NCBI GenBank assembly: GCA_963669175.1 | Contig: OY769902.1 | Span: 3,680,001-3,744,000 of the forward strand | Reading direction: 5' to 3' | Length of the DNA: 64,000 nucleotides | From: a bacterium | GTDB taxonomy: Bacteria > Electryoneota > Electryoneia > Electryoneales > Electryoneaceae | Part shown: piece after piece, positions 37,726 through 46,228 of the stretch | How positions within the stretch are numbered: the first letter of the stretch is position 1 | Layout: every line of letters starts with the position of its first letter | Notes under the pieces: generated by a model | The model's database searches: none | The model's input: only the letters and a program-made list of their open reading frames with translations | What the model was told of the DNA's origin: nothing | Position numbers and translations under genes: made by a program

Positions 37726-38517
37726 TCAATCCTCAAGAAGGACTTTCGCTTCCACTACCCTCCCCCGCCAATATTCCCATTCCCCCTCTTCTTTTTCGAA
37801 GGTCATGACGGCTCTGAAGGGGATACGCATGCCGTTCATGAACCGGTAATCGGAATAGTCTACGCGCCAGGGGGATTCTTCGTAACCGTCGGGGACATCA
37901 TAGGGACGGAATGCGCTCCAGGCACGGACGATCTCGCCGGTCTCGTTCACATCAAAACGGATGGTGATGCCGCGTTCCGGCTTGGCATAGTGCAGTTCGA
38001 AGGAGGTGTCGTTTACAGCGGTGAAGGTCATGTCCGGATTGAAGATAAGCACACGCGCTACCCAGGGCAGTTCGGCCAGGTTGCGGACGAGTTGTGTGGT
38101 CAGGACTTCCGGATCGGTACGTTTGCCCATGGGAATCCAGCCCCACAGCTTCGCGCCGCCCCAGCCTTGACCGTCACGGTGGCCGTCACTCGCTACAACC
38201 GTCATCACCGAGTTCAGCTTCAGTTTCGCCGTCCATTCAAAGGCCAGCGGGGATGCTTCGTAGATGCCCTCAGCAGTGAAGGGTGTCCAGTTACCACGGA
38301 TGTCCATCTCCCCTTCCTGGATCAGACGGATCGTTGCTGCAGCGCCCTGTTCATCCGAAAGGCAATGCTCCATCCAACGCTGCATCGCTTCAGGGTAAAC
38401 GCTGGTCGAATCGGTCATGGTTACATCTGTGTTTGAGGTTGGTTGCTTGGCGCTGGTACTAAAAGTCATATACACCAGAAGAAGAATCGGTACATATCGA
38501 AGGACGCGAATGGACAT
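37726..38517 (-). CDS. Exported hypothetical protein (DUF6544/DUF6920-like)
   Basis: Signal peptide, 'W.PFTAE', 'RNLAELPW', 'SDYRFMNGMRIP'. Confidence 0.6.
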   Translation of the reverse strand: MSIRVLRYVPILLLVYMTFSTSAKQPTSNTDVTMTDSTSVYPEAMQRWMEHCLSDEQGAAATIRLIQEGEMDIRGNWTPFTAEGIYEASPLAFEWTAKLKLNSVMTVVASDGHRDGQGWGGAKLWGWIPMGKRTDPEVLTTQLVRNLAELPWVARVLIFNPDMTFTAVNDTSFELHYAKPERGITIRFDVNETGEIVRAWSAFRPYDVPDGYEESPWRVDYSDYRFMNGMRIPFRAVMTFEKEEGEWEYWRGRVVEAKVLLED

Positions 38518-38769
38518 GTCTTTTTCCCCTGAAAAACAGTCTCACGCAAAGACGCGAAGTCGCAAAGAAAAAAATGAAAGAAAATATTATAAAAGAATTC
38601 TTAATGCTAAAGCTATACTATTCGCGTCAATAATGTCATGTTGTCATGCAAATAAGGCTGATCAATTCCACTAAAAGAAAAAAAGATGCCCAAGATTAGT
38701 AATTTTGTATTTCATAAAACTTCAATTATTATTCTCTAACCTATATCCAAATCAAGTAATACATAATCA

Positions 38770-38899
38770 TTTCTTTATCCTTTCCATCCTTCACATCCTT
38801 GCCATCCTGTAAATTCAACATCCCATGAATTCGGCATCCTGTTCATTCTTACTCATCCTGTCAATCCTGTAAATTCAAATCTTGTCAATCTTGTAAATC
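38770..38899. repeat. Degenerate ~9-bp ATCCTKKHM short tandem repeats
   Basis: ATCCTTTCC ATCCTTCAC ATCCTTGCC ATCCTGTAAATTC...ATCCTGTCA ATCCTGTAAATTC...ATCTTGTCA ATCTTGTAAATC. Confidence 0.7.
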
Positions 38900-39826
38900 C
38901 AACCGTGAGTAGCTGTAGGCGTCCAGTTCGCATGCACATTCCCGGTCCAGCGCGGATACATACTGCCCGCAGTTACTTCCGATCTGGTTCTCTTCCAGTT
39001 CACCGATGCTGACCAGCACGTCATACCCGGCTTGTCGCAGCTCATCTGTCAGCGTACCTATCTCCGCCTCACCTTTCAAACCATTGGCAACCTTATGTTG
39101 CTGCGCACGGAAGGTTGGGTTGATCGGCGTCAGCTTGATATGAAACAGGCTTGGATCAAACAGCTCAAGTAGTTCTTCCGCACTCAACCGCACATCCTCA
39201 GTCAAAGCGAAGTTCAGCGAGGTTTTGCGTCCTCCCTGTACATGAAATGCTCGAGCGTAGTCCACAATCTGCTGTGGGATCCAGGTTTTGACCGGAACCA
39301 GCTTCTTCCGTGCCTCCCAGTCCAGTGTGTGAATGGAGAACTGGAGCTGAAATTGGATGGGATAGAGTTCATGACGAATACGCAACAGCTCTTCAAAGAA
39401 AAGCTCACGTCCCATCGGCGCTACGGTTGAAATGCAGGGCATCAGGGCGGGATTGGGATAGCGCTGTGGTAATTCACGCAACACATCCAGCACTGCCGGA
39501 TTCAAAGCGGGCTCGCCCATCCGGGCAAACTGGATTTTCCAGAACTTTGATGCGGGTATGCTATCGCCAAAGCGATATCGTACCAGCGTATCGATCTGGG
39601 CGAACAGTTCATCTTTACTGACAGGCCCTTCGTAATGCCCACCCGCATCGCAGAACAGGCATCCTACCGGGCAGCCGTAGGATGTGGAAATGATATTCAC
39701 CCACTTTTCGCTACGAGTGCGTGGCGGTTGCACCGATTCCACAAATTCCAAGCGTTTACCATGCTCGTTTTCCCCAACGAACACAGTCGCCAGATCATCT
39801 TTACCAAAGTGTGACAGTATGTTCAA
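38885..39826 (-). CDS. RlmN/Cfr-like radical SAM protein (short, divergent)
   Basis: 'ISTSYGCPVGCLFC' (CxxxCxxC), 'RMGEPALN', 'LQFSIH', C-terminal 'IGSNCGQ'. Confidence 0.85.
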   Translation of the reverse strand: MNILSHFGKDDLATVFVGENEHGKRLEFVESVQPPRTRSEKWVNIISTSYGCPVGCLFCDAGGHYEGPVSKDELFAQIDTLVRYRFGDSIPASKFWKIQFARMGEPALNPAVLDVLRELPQRYPNPALMPCISTVAPMGRELFFEELLRIRHELYPIQFQLQFSIHTLDWEARKKLVPVKTWIPQQIVDYARAFHVQGGRKTSLNFALTEDVRLSAEELLELFDPSLFHIKLTPINPTFRAQQHKVANGLKGEAEIGTLTDELRQAGYDVLVSIGELEENQIGSNCGQYVSALDRECACELDAYSYSRLDLQD

Positions 39827-40719
39827 GAGTGGTTCCGCTCTCGCATGTGTGTTTCAATCTGCATGGCCGCTTTGATGCCATCACCCACCGCGATGGCAGT
39901 CTGACGATAGCGTCCCTGCACCATATCACCGATCATGTGCAGGCGGCCTTCACGATGCAACTCATCCAGCCTGTCCTTCACGGAAGCCCCAAGATAAGGC
40001 ATGGTTACCGTTCTTCCCACAGCCGCGAGAATAAAGTCAACCGTTTCCTGAACCGGTAAGGACTGATCCTGAATGCGCCAGGTCAACCGGATATTATCCA
40101 TAAACGATTCAACACAATCCAGCGTCCGGTTGGTTCGGAGTTGTATGCTGGAGTTGCTTTTCACACGTTCCCGCAGCAGCGGCAGGCAACGAGATCGGTC
40201 CGTGCGCATGTTAATCGTAACCTGGTTTTTCGCCGCAAGGTTCAAGGCGTAATCAAATGCCGCGTCGCCACTGCCAAGAATCGCGATTTTCTTTCCGGAC
40301 ACGATATTCAGATCAACTACTTCCGTGAAGCAGTGCTTACGAGCCAGTGCTTTCCAGCCTCGCACCTGTGGGATAGTAGCTGTGGTTCCGGTTGCGAGGA
40401 TCAGGTAATCACTTTCCATCTCACAGGAATTGGTAATCGTACGGAACTCGAAGTCGGTAAATTCAACCTGTTCAACAGTCTGCTTTTGTACTTCAATACC
40501 AAGCGCTTGCAGGTGTTTCTGCATCTGAGCGACCAGACCGTGACCGGGAATTCCTTTCGGAAAACCGGGATAATTTTCGACCAGGTTGGCATTGTTCAAC
40601 AGGCCGCCAACACGCTTTTTTTCCAGCAACAGAAACGGTATCCCGGTTCGTTTCAACTGGATGGCTGCGGCAATTCCAGCCGGACCGGCCCCGACAATGA
40701 CAACCTTAACCTGGCTCAT
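39823..40719 (-). CDS. FAD/NAD(P)-dependent oxidoreductase, thioredoxin-reductase-like, without the CxxC motif
   Basis: 'IVGAGPAG', 'VENYPGFP', 'ILATG', 'ILGSGDAA', 'IGD...RQTAIAVGDG'. Confidence 0.88.
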   Translation of the reverse strand: MSQVKVVIVGAGPAGIAAAIQLKRTGIPFLLLEKKRVGGLLNNANLVENYPGFPKGIPGHGLVAQMQKHLQALGIEVQKQTVEQVEFTDFEFRTITNSCEMESDYLILATGTTATIPQVRGWKALARKHCFTEVVDLNIVSGKKIAILGSGDAAFDYALNLAAKNQVTINMRTDRSRCLPLLRERVKSNSSIQLRTNRTLDCVESFMDNIRLTWRIQDQSLPVQETVDFILAAVGRTVTMPYLGASVKDRLDELHREGRLHMIGDMVQGRYRQTAIAVGDGIKAAMQIETHMRERNHS

Positions 40720-41381
40720 GGTTTTGCCTGCAACGCAGCAATCACATCATCGACAAAGCCGATCCGTGCAAAACCATGCGCCAAGCCACGCAAGCTGCCA
40801 ACATGCAGCTCTTCCGAATAGGTAGCTGTGCCGTCAGCAAGGAATACGACATCGAACCCACGCATGAATGCGGAGCGTGCGGTTGTCTCACAACAGAGGT
40901 GCGTCATCACTCCCGAGATCAGCAGGGTTATCTTTTTATTGTACTTAAAGTAACACTCGAGACCAGTGCTGAAAAATATGTCATATCTTGATTTTACAAC
41001 CTCACGATCAAATATAATATCGTCATCCGGCAGCGCTGATCCCGCCAGAGGATGATCCTGTGAAATGATCTCCCGCCACCAGGTCGCCATGTTACCGGCG
41101 TCCTCAAGCGTATTGATATGTCGTGTGGAGATGACCGGGACTCCGGCCTGATTACACGCTTTTGCCAATGCAGTGATGTTTTCTCGAACAAATGGCGCTG
41201 AGGGCACGAAGGCATGCGATTCCGGCTCAAGGAAATAGCGTTGCATGTCCAGAACTAACAATGCAGTCTTCGACGGGTTTAAGCCAAAGTCTCCCTGTCG
41301 GCGGACTTGCTCTACGGCTTCACGCCACTCTAAACGCTTTTGTGATGCGTTTTCTGCGGTCAGGTAGTCTTGTTTGTGCAT
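40716..41381 (-). CDS. Isochorismatase-family cysteine hydrolase
   Basis: 'ALLVLDMQRYF', 'KSRY', 'GVMTHLCCETTARSAFMRG'. Start is 41381 or 41402. Confidence 0.92.
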   Translation of the reverse strand: MHKQDYLTAENASQKRLEWREAVEQVRRQGDFGLNPSKTALLVLDMQRYFLEPESHAFVPSAPFVRENITALAKACNQAGVPVISTRHINTLEDAGNMATWWREIISQDHPLAGSALPDDDIIFDREVVKSRYDIFFSTGLECYFKYNKKITLLISGVMTHLCCETTARSAFMRGFDVVFLADGTATYSEELHVGSLRGLAHGFARIGFVDDVIAALQAKP

Positions 41382-41385
41382 GACG

Positions 41386-41415
41386 AAAAAAGCCCGAGAC
41401 ACACGGCCCCAGGCT
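41386..41415 (-). terminator. Possible intrinsic terminator after the receiver-domain gene
   Basis: Minus strand AGCCTGGGGC..GTCTCGGGCT followed by TTTTT. Confidence 0.55.
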
Positions 41416-41439
41416 CCTGGTTTCTTTTCAGGTCAACAC

Positions 41440-41916
41440 TTAGACAAAGGTTTTCACCAGTTCTTTGTGCAATCCATCCAGTTCGCTGTAAGCTCTGTTG
41501 ATCTGGTCAATCTTGTCTTTCAACAACTTCATCAGTTGCTTCTTCTCGATGCCATTCCGCAGGATTAGCAACAGGTCGTCATTTTCCCAAGGCTTTTCGA
41601 TATACTGGAACAGGCCGACCTCGTTGATCGCCTTTATCGCATTTTCCTTATCCGCGTAACCGGTCAGGATCACACGAGGCACTTCCGGTTGCAGATCTCG
41701 AACTTTGCCCAGGAACGAAATGCCATCCATTTCCGGCATCAGATAGTCGGAAATGACCACATCAATCTCGTTTTCCCTGATAAACTCCAGCGCATCCCTG
41801 GCGGATTCGTAAGTGACTACGTTGTAATCGGTTTGAAGCGACAGGAATGCACGAATGCTGGACAGCACCATCTCTTCGTCATCAACGATCACAATTGTCA
41901 CATCTTCATCGGCCAT
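41440..41916 (-). CDS. Response regulator receiver protein with C-terminal coiled coil
   Basis: 'IVDDE', 'ISDYLMPEMDG', 'ILTGYAD', 'YIEKPW'. Confidence 0.92.
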   Translation of the reverse strand: MADEDVTIVIVDDEEMVLSSIRAFLSLQTDYNVVTYESARDALEFIRENEIDVVISDYLMPEMDGISFLGKVRDLQPEVPRVILTGYADKENAIKAINEVGLFQYIEKPWENDDLLLILRNGIEKKQLMKLLKDKIDQINRAYSELDGLHKELVKTFV

Positions 41917-42082
41917 CTTTATCTCCATCCATCATCTGTATGCAGTACACGCGAGGTGTGTCGTATCAGCCGCACTTGCTCTTTGTCCCAGAAGATACAT
42001 AAAAACGTGATCCCGAGCACCCCTCAAAACAAGAAGCAGGAGAACCTCCATCATCAGGCTACTGATATCATCCTGAGAAGCA

Positions 42083-43273
42083 TTATGCGGGCTCTGCTGC
42101 CGGGACTTTGATTCGTATACACACAAAAAAACCGGCCACTCCAAATGCTGCCGCCAGGAGGAACACCCAACGGAAGCCAAACGCTTCCCAGATATAGCCG
42201 GATAACACCGGAAGTGTCATCGCAACAGCGTGGTCTATGGTAATCCCCATGGAGATGGTCGGGGTTATGTCCTTGGGATCATCTGCTATTTTCTTCAAGT
42301 AGGTAGTACGTGCCACTCGCAATGCGAAAAGCACACTGTCAAGGACATACGCTCCATACAGCACATACAACGACCAGGGCGCGGGGAATAGATCTGTTGC
42401 AAACGCATAGGCGAGGCAGATCAGAACCAGCAGCACTTCATCAGCGGTAAGCACTGCCCTCTCCCCCAGCCAGTCGATCACTTCTCCCAGCAACGGACGG
42501 AAAACCACCCCAAGCGTAGCGGCGATGAAGTACAACAGGGCGATGGTCGATAACGGGACACCATGAAGCTCGACCAGCACATACGCCCCAAAGGCAAGAA
42601 ATATTTGCTTTCTGACCCCGAAAAGGGCGCTGATGGCATAAAACAGGTTGTATTTTTTTTTGTAAACGATCCTGCGGGAACGTGGCTCCCCTTTCCCGAT
42701 CTTCAGGAACATGAAGAACAGTCCGGCCAGCAAGGCAGATCCGCCGGCGATACCGTAGAACAAGCCGTACTGGTCGCCAAACAACTTCGCAAGCAGGAAG
42801 ATGATCCCCACGCCGATAATAGTACCAAGGTTGCGTGCGCCGCCAAACTGTCCCAGACGTTTCCCTTCGCCGCCTGCACGTGACAACCGAAGCCCAATAG
42901 GCCCTTCTACGGCAAAGATTACATGATCACCAAGCGACCAGATAACAACCCAGATTACCAGCATGGTGATGCCGGGAGTCAGGAATCCGAGCCCGAAGGC
43001 GCCAAGCGCCGTAGCCAGCATGGCGATGGCCGCCATCCTGGTTTCACGCAAGAAAGTCAGCATGAAACCTGCGACAAACATGATGAAGAAGCCGGGCAGC
43101 TCTCGTGGAAATTCGAGCCAGCCACGCGCCTCCGCGTCAAGATTATGTATGTCGACCAGGTAGTTGTTAAGCGTGGCGGTAAATATCCCGGAGGCCGCTC
43201 CGAAGAACAGAGTCGCCAGCAACGCAAGAATCAGGTCTTTTCGGACTTCCCGGGTCAATTCTCCTCCAAACAC
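42083..43273 (-). CDS. MFS transporter
   Basis: About 12 TM segments, 'LEFPRELPG', 'GEVIDWLGER' motif. Confidence 0.88.
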   Translation of the reverse strand: MFGGELTREVRKDLILALLATLFFGAASGIFTATLNNYLVDIHNLDAEARGWLEFPRELPGFFIMFVAGFMLTFLRETRMAAIAMLATALGAFGLGFLTPGITMLVIWVVIWSLGDHVIFAVEGPIGLRLSRAGGEGKRLGQFGGARNLGTIIGVGIIFLLAKLFGDQYGLFYGIAGGSALLAGLFFMFLKIGKGEPRSRRIVYKKKYNLFYAISALFGVRKQIFLAFGAYVLVELHGVPLSTIALLYFIAATLGVVFRPLLGEVIDWLGERAVLTADEVLLVLICLAYAFATDLFPAPWSLYVLYGAYVLDSVLFALRVARTTYLKKIADDPKDITPTISMGITIDHAVAMTLPVLSGYIWEAFGFRWVFLLAAAFGVAGFFVCIRIKVPAAEPA

Positions 43274-43519
43274 ACTTGTAAAAGGCTATATTACAAGTTA
43301 AACAACTACGCTTAAAGTGTAGCATTATCTCTATAGTCGGTTTTTAGTGGACAATTCTGGATTTATTTTCTGATTTTCATTGAATAGCCATGATTTTTGA
43401 ATTGTCACTCAAAGTACTTTCTCCCGGAACTCGCAAGCAACCGGGCCAAAGCTGTTGCGCCTCGGTAGTTTCTATGCTTTCATTCCCATATCCCCGCTGG
43501 ACTTATGTGTGGAGGAACG

Positions 43520-44119
43520 ATGAAGCTGGCACGTTGGATGATTGCTCTCTGCCTGGCAGTATTTCTGTCAGACATTGCGGGAGCAGCGGTGGTACAAGGC
43601 AGGGTCACATTGGCAGCCGACGGCTCCCCTGCCCCGGGTGTTGATATTGAGGTGTATCGTAAACCCAAGCTGCATGCGACAACAGATGCAGCAGGGTATT
43701 ACGAGCTTAAAGGCTTACGGCAGGGGATTTATTCGATTTCCTGCAAACCGCAAGGCTATTTGTCTTCGCGCGTCCGTTTCAGCATCAGCCAGGCGGACAC
43801 CTTTACCATCGATATGGAACTGGTTGCTTCCGCAGATGCCCGCACCTCCAGCTCGCAAGCCTCCCTTGAGGTCATTGTGATCGGCGGTTCCCAGGCTAAG
43901 GCGATATCAGGCGCAAGCATCCATCTGGAAGGGCCATCGTCACGTACTGGATCGAGCAACGGCAAAGGCATTTGCTCGATTTCAGGTTTACGGCCGGGAA
44001 CATATTCGGTATATGCGACACATCCATCGTATGGTCGCACAGATGCGAAAACGATACAAGTGCCACCGGGTGGGATAAAGCTGGACACGATCCTGCGTTT
44101 CTTCCCGGATTCGGAGTAG
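43520..44119 (+). CDS. Exported protein with two carboxypeptidase-regulatory-like domains
   Basis: Signal peptide; repeated 'G.V....G.P.PG..I....TD..G.Y.L.GL..G.Y' pattern. Confidence 0.75.
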   Translation: MKLARWMIALCLAVFLSDIAGAAVVQGRVTLAADGSPAPGVDIEVYRKPKLHATTDAAGYYELKGLRQGIYSISCKPQGYLSSRVRFSISQADTFTIDMELVASADARTSSSQASLEVIVIGGSQAKAISGASIHLEGPSSRTGSSNGKGICSISGLRPGTYSVYATHPSYGRTDAKTIQVPPGGIKLDTILRFFPDSE

Positions 44120-44148
44120 AGTAGTTTCGACAGGTTAGTACTTTTTAC

Positions 44149-45264
44149 ATGAATCCACTACGTTTTTTTCGCGCAGTAAACCCGGATAAGACGTTACCGC
44201 GTCATCATCCGCCACGCATCCTGGCGGTCCAGATCGCCGGAATTGGTGATCTGGTCCTTGCAACACCAACTCTGACAGCGCTTCGGGAGCGCTTTCCCGA
44301 CGCACGGATTGATGTCCTGACTTCCCCCCGTGCGGTGGATCTGCTCCTGGGACACCCTGCCGTGAATCGTATCCTCGGCTTTGATATCGAACGGTTTCGT
44401 GATCCACGTTCCCTGAAACAACCGGGCACGCTACGATCCCTGCGCCGTGAGATTATTCCCATCAGGGAAAACCGTTACGACGCCCTGCTCAGCTTGAATA
44501 ACATCTCCACCACTCGTGGCGCATATACCCTGGGCTTTTTGTTTCATGCGCTGAATATCCAGATGTGGGTTGGCAGGAATACGGATAAACGCGCTCCCTA
44601 TTTCGACCGTTCGGTAAAGGATATCAGCGCTGCTCCGGTCCCGGAAGCCATTTCCAAGCTTCATGTGGCAGGTTTGTTGGGTGCCAGCTTGACATTGCGC
44701 CCTCTTTCCCTCGGGTTAAACGATCAGGACATAAACTTAGCCAAATCTCAGCTTGTCCATGAAGGACCGTGGGCCGCGATCCAGCCCGGCGCAAATGTGC
44801 CGTTGAAAATGTGGCCCCCGGAACGCTTTGCTGAAGTCGGACGTTACTTGCAAACCAAAGGCTTCTCGATAGTCATTCTGGGTGGCCCGGGTGATGCAGA
44901 AACAGCACAACGTGTCTCGGAGGGGCTCGACACGCCCGCTTTGAATCTGGCTGGCCAGTTATCACTTCGTGAAACAGCCTCTGTTTTAAGCCTGATGCGT
45001 ATCGTAGTAACCAATGACACCGGTCCAATGCACATCGCAGCGGCTGTTGGAGCGCCGTTGGTTGCTGTTTACGGACCTTCGAATTCACGTCGATATCGTC
45101 CATGGGCGCCCAAGGAACGGTTCAGGTTACTGCATCACCGTCTCCCCTGCAATCCCTGCGATTTCAGGCAATGCCCCATGGAAACCTGGTGTATGGACCT
45201 GGTGCGTGTTGATGATGTGATCGAACAGGTTGACTCGCTGCTGGAGGAGTCGTCCTGTGAATGA
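44149..45264 (+). CDS. Glycosyltransferase family 9 (LPS heptosyltransferase-like)
   Basis: 'IGDLVLATP', 'PGA..PLKMWP.ERF', 'NDTGPMHIAAAVG.P.VAVYGP'. Confidence 0.92.
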   Translation: MNPLRFFRAVNPDKTLPRHHPPRILAVQIAGIGDLVLATPTLTALRERFPDARIDVLTSPRAVDLLLGHPAVNRILGFDIERFRDPRSLKQPGTLRSLRREIIPIRENRYDALLSLNNISTTRGAYTLGFLFHALNIQMWVGRNTDKRAPYFDRSVKDISAAPVPEAISKLHVAGLLGASLTLRPLSLGLNDQDINLAKSQLVHEGPWAAIQPGANVPLKMWPPERFAEVGRYLQTKGFSIVILGGPGDAETAQRVSEGLDTPALNLAGQLSLRETASVLSLMRIVVTNDTGPMHIAAAVGAPLVAVYGPSNSRRYRPWAPKERFRLLHHRLPCNPCDFRQCPMETWCMDLVRVDDVIEQVDSLLEESSCE

Positions 45265-45976
45265 ACTGCTTTTTTTATTCTGGACCCTGTTCGTCATCTT
45301 TCTGGTGCTCGCCACATTTCGTTTTTATGGCCGCGCGGGATTATTCGGGATTATCGGCGTATATATTATCCTGGCCAACATCTTTGTAACCAAGCAGATA
45401 ACTCTATTCGGAATGGCTGCTACGGGGGGAAATTCGCTCTACGGCGGTATCTTCCTGGCAACTGATCTGATCAGTGAATATTACGGGAAGCGTGAAGCCA
45501 AGCGAGCGGTCTGGTTCGGCTGGTTCTGTGCGATCGGCTGGTTGCTGGCAACACAGATTTTCCTGGCATTCAAGCCTTCCGGTGAAGACTTCGTTCATGA
45601 GGCCATGAGTACCCTGTTCTCGATGACTCCTTCGATTGTTCTCGGGTCGCTGGTCGCCTACATCGCCAGTCAATCGCATGATATATGGGCTTTCCATTAC
45701 TGGAAGAAGAAGACTGAGGGCAAGAAACTCTGGTTGCGTAATAACGCATCCACATGGGTCAGTCAGCTTATTGACACATTGATATTTTCATTTATTGCGT
45801 TTTTCCTGGTCTTCCCTTTCCCTGTATTTCTCCAGATTGTACTTACAACGTATCTCCTTAAAATTATTGTAGCTGCTATCGACACTCCTTTCTTATACCT
45901 GAGCCGTCGGTGGAAACCAAAAGGGTTGCGGTCACTTCCACCGGACAAACGCCGTAAAACAGACAATGATTGCTGA
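45257..45976 (+). CDS. Queuosine precursor transporter (YhhQ/VUT family)
   Basis: 'ILANIFVTK', 'FLATDLISEYYG', 'SQSHD', 'LWLRNNASTWVSQLIDT', 'DTPFLY'. Confidence 0.9.
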   Translation: MNELLFLFWTLFVIFLVLATFRFYGRAGLFGIIGVYIILANIFVTKQITLFGMAATGGNSLYGGIFLATDLISEYYGKREAKRAVWFGWFCAIGWLLATQIFLAFKPSGEDFVHEAMSTLFSMTPSIVLGSLVAYIASQSHDIWAFHYWKKKTEGKKLWLRNNASTWVSQLIDTLIFSFIAFFLVFPFPVFLQIVLTTYLLKIIVAAIDTPFLYLSRRWKPKGLRSLPPDKRRKTDNDC

Positions 45977-46228
45977 TTGATAGTTTTTGCTTAATCCCCG
46001 GTATCAGGCCGATCATAAGTTTTTCTATTGAATCGAAAGGTTTTATAAGGTACTTTTTAGATACCGGTTGGTAGAGATACACGATAACGGTTGACTTTGA
46101 GATGGCCCGGGTGCGGCCCGGGCCATATTCTTTAGTGCCTTCCAGGTTGCAGACACTCTCATTTCCTGCCGGATACTCGTTTACCTGGATAGATACAAGC
46201 AAAACCATTGCTCCCCGGAGGAAGCACG

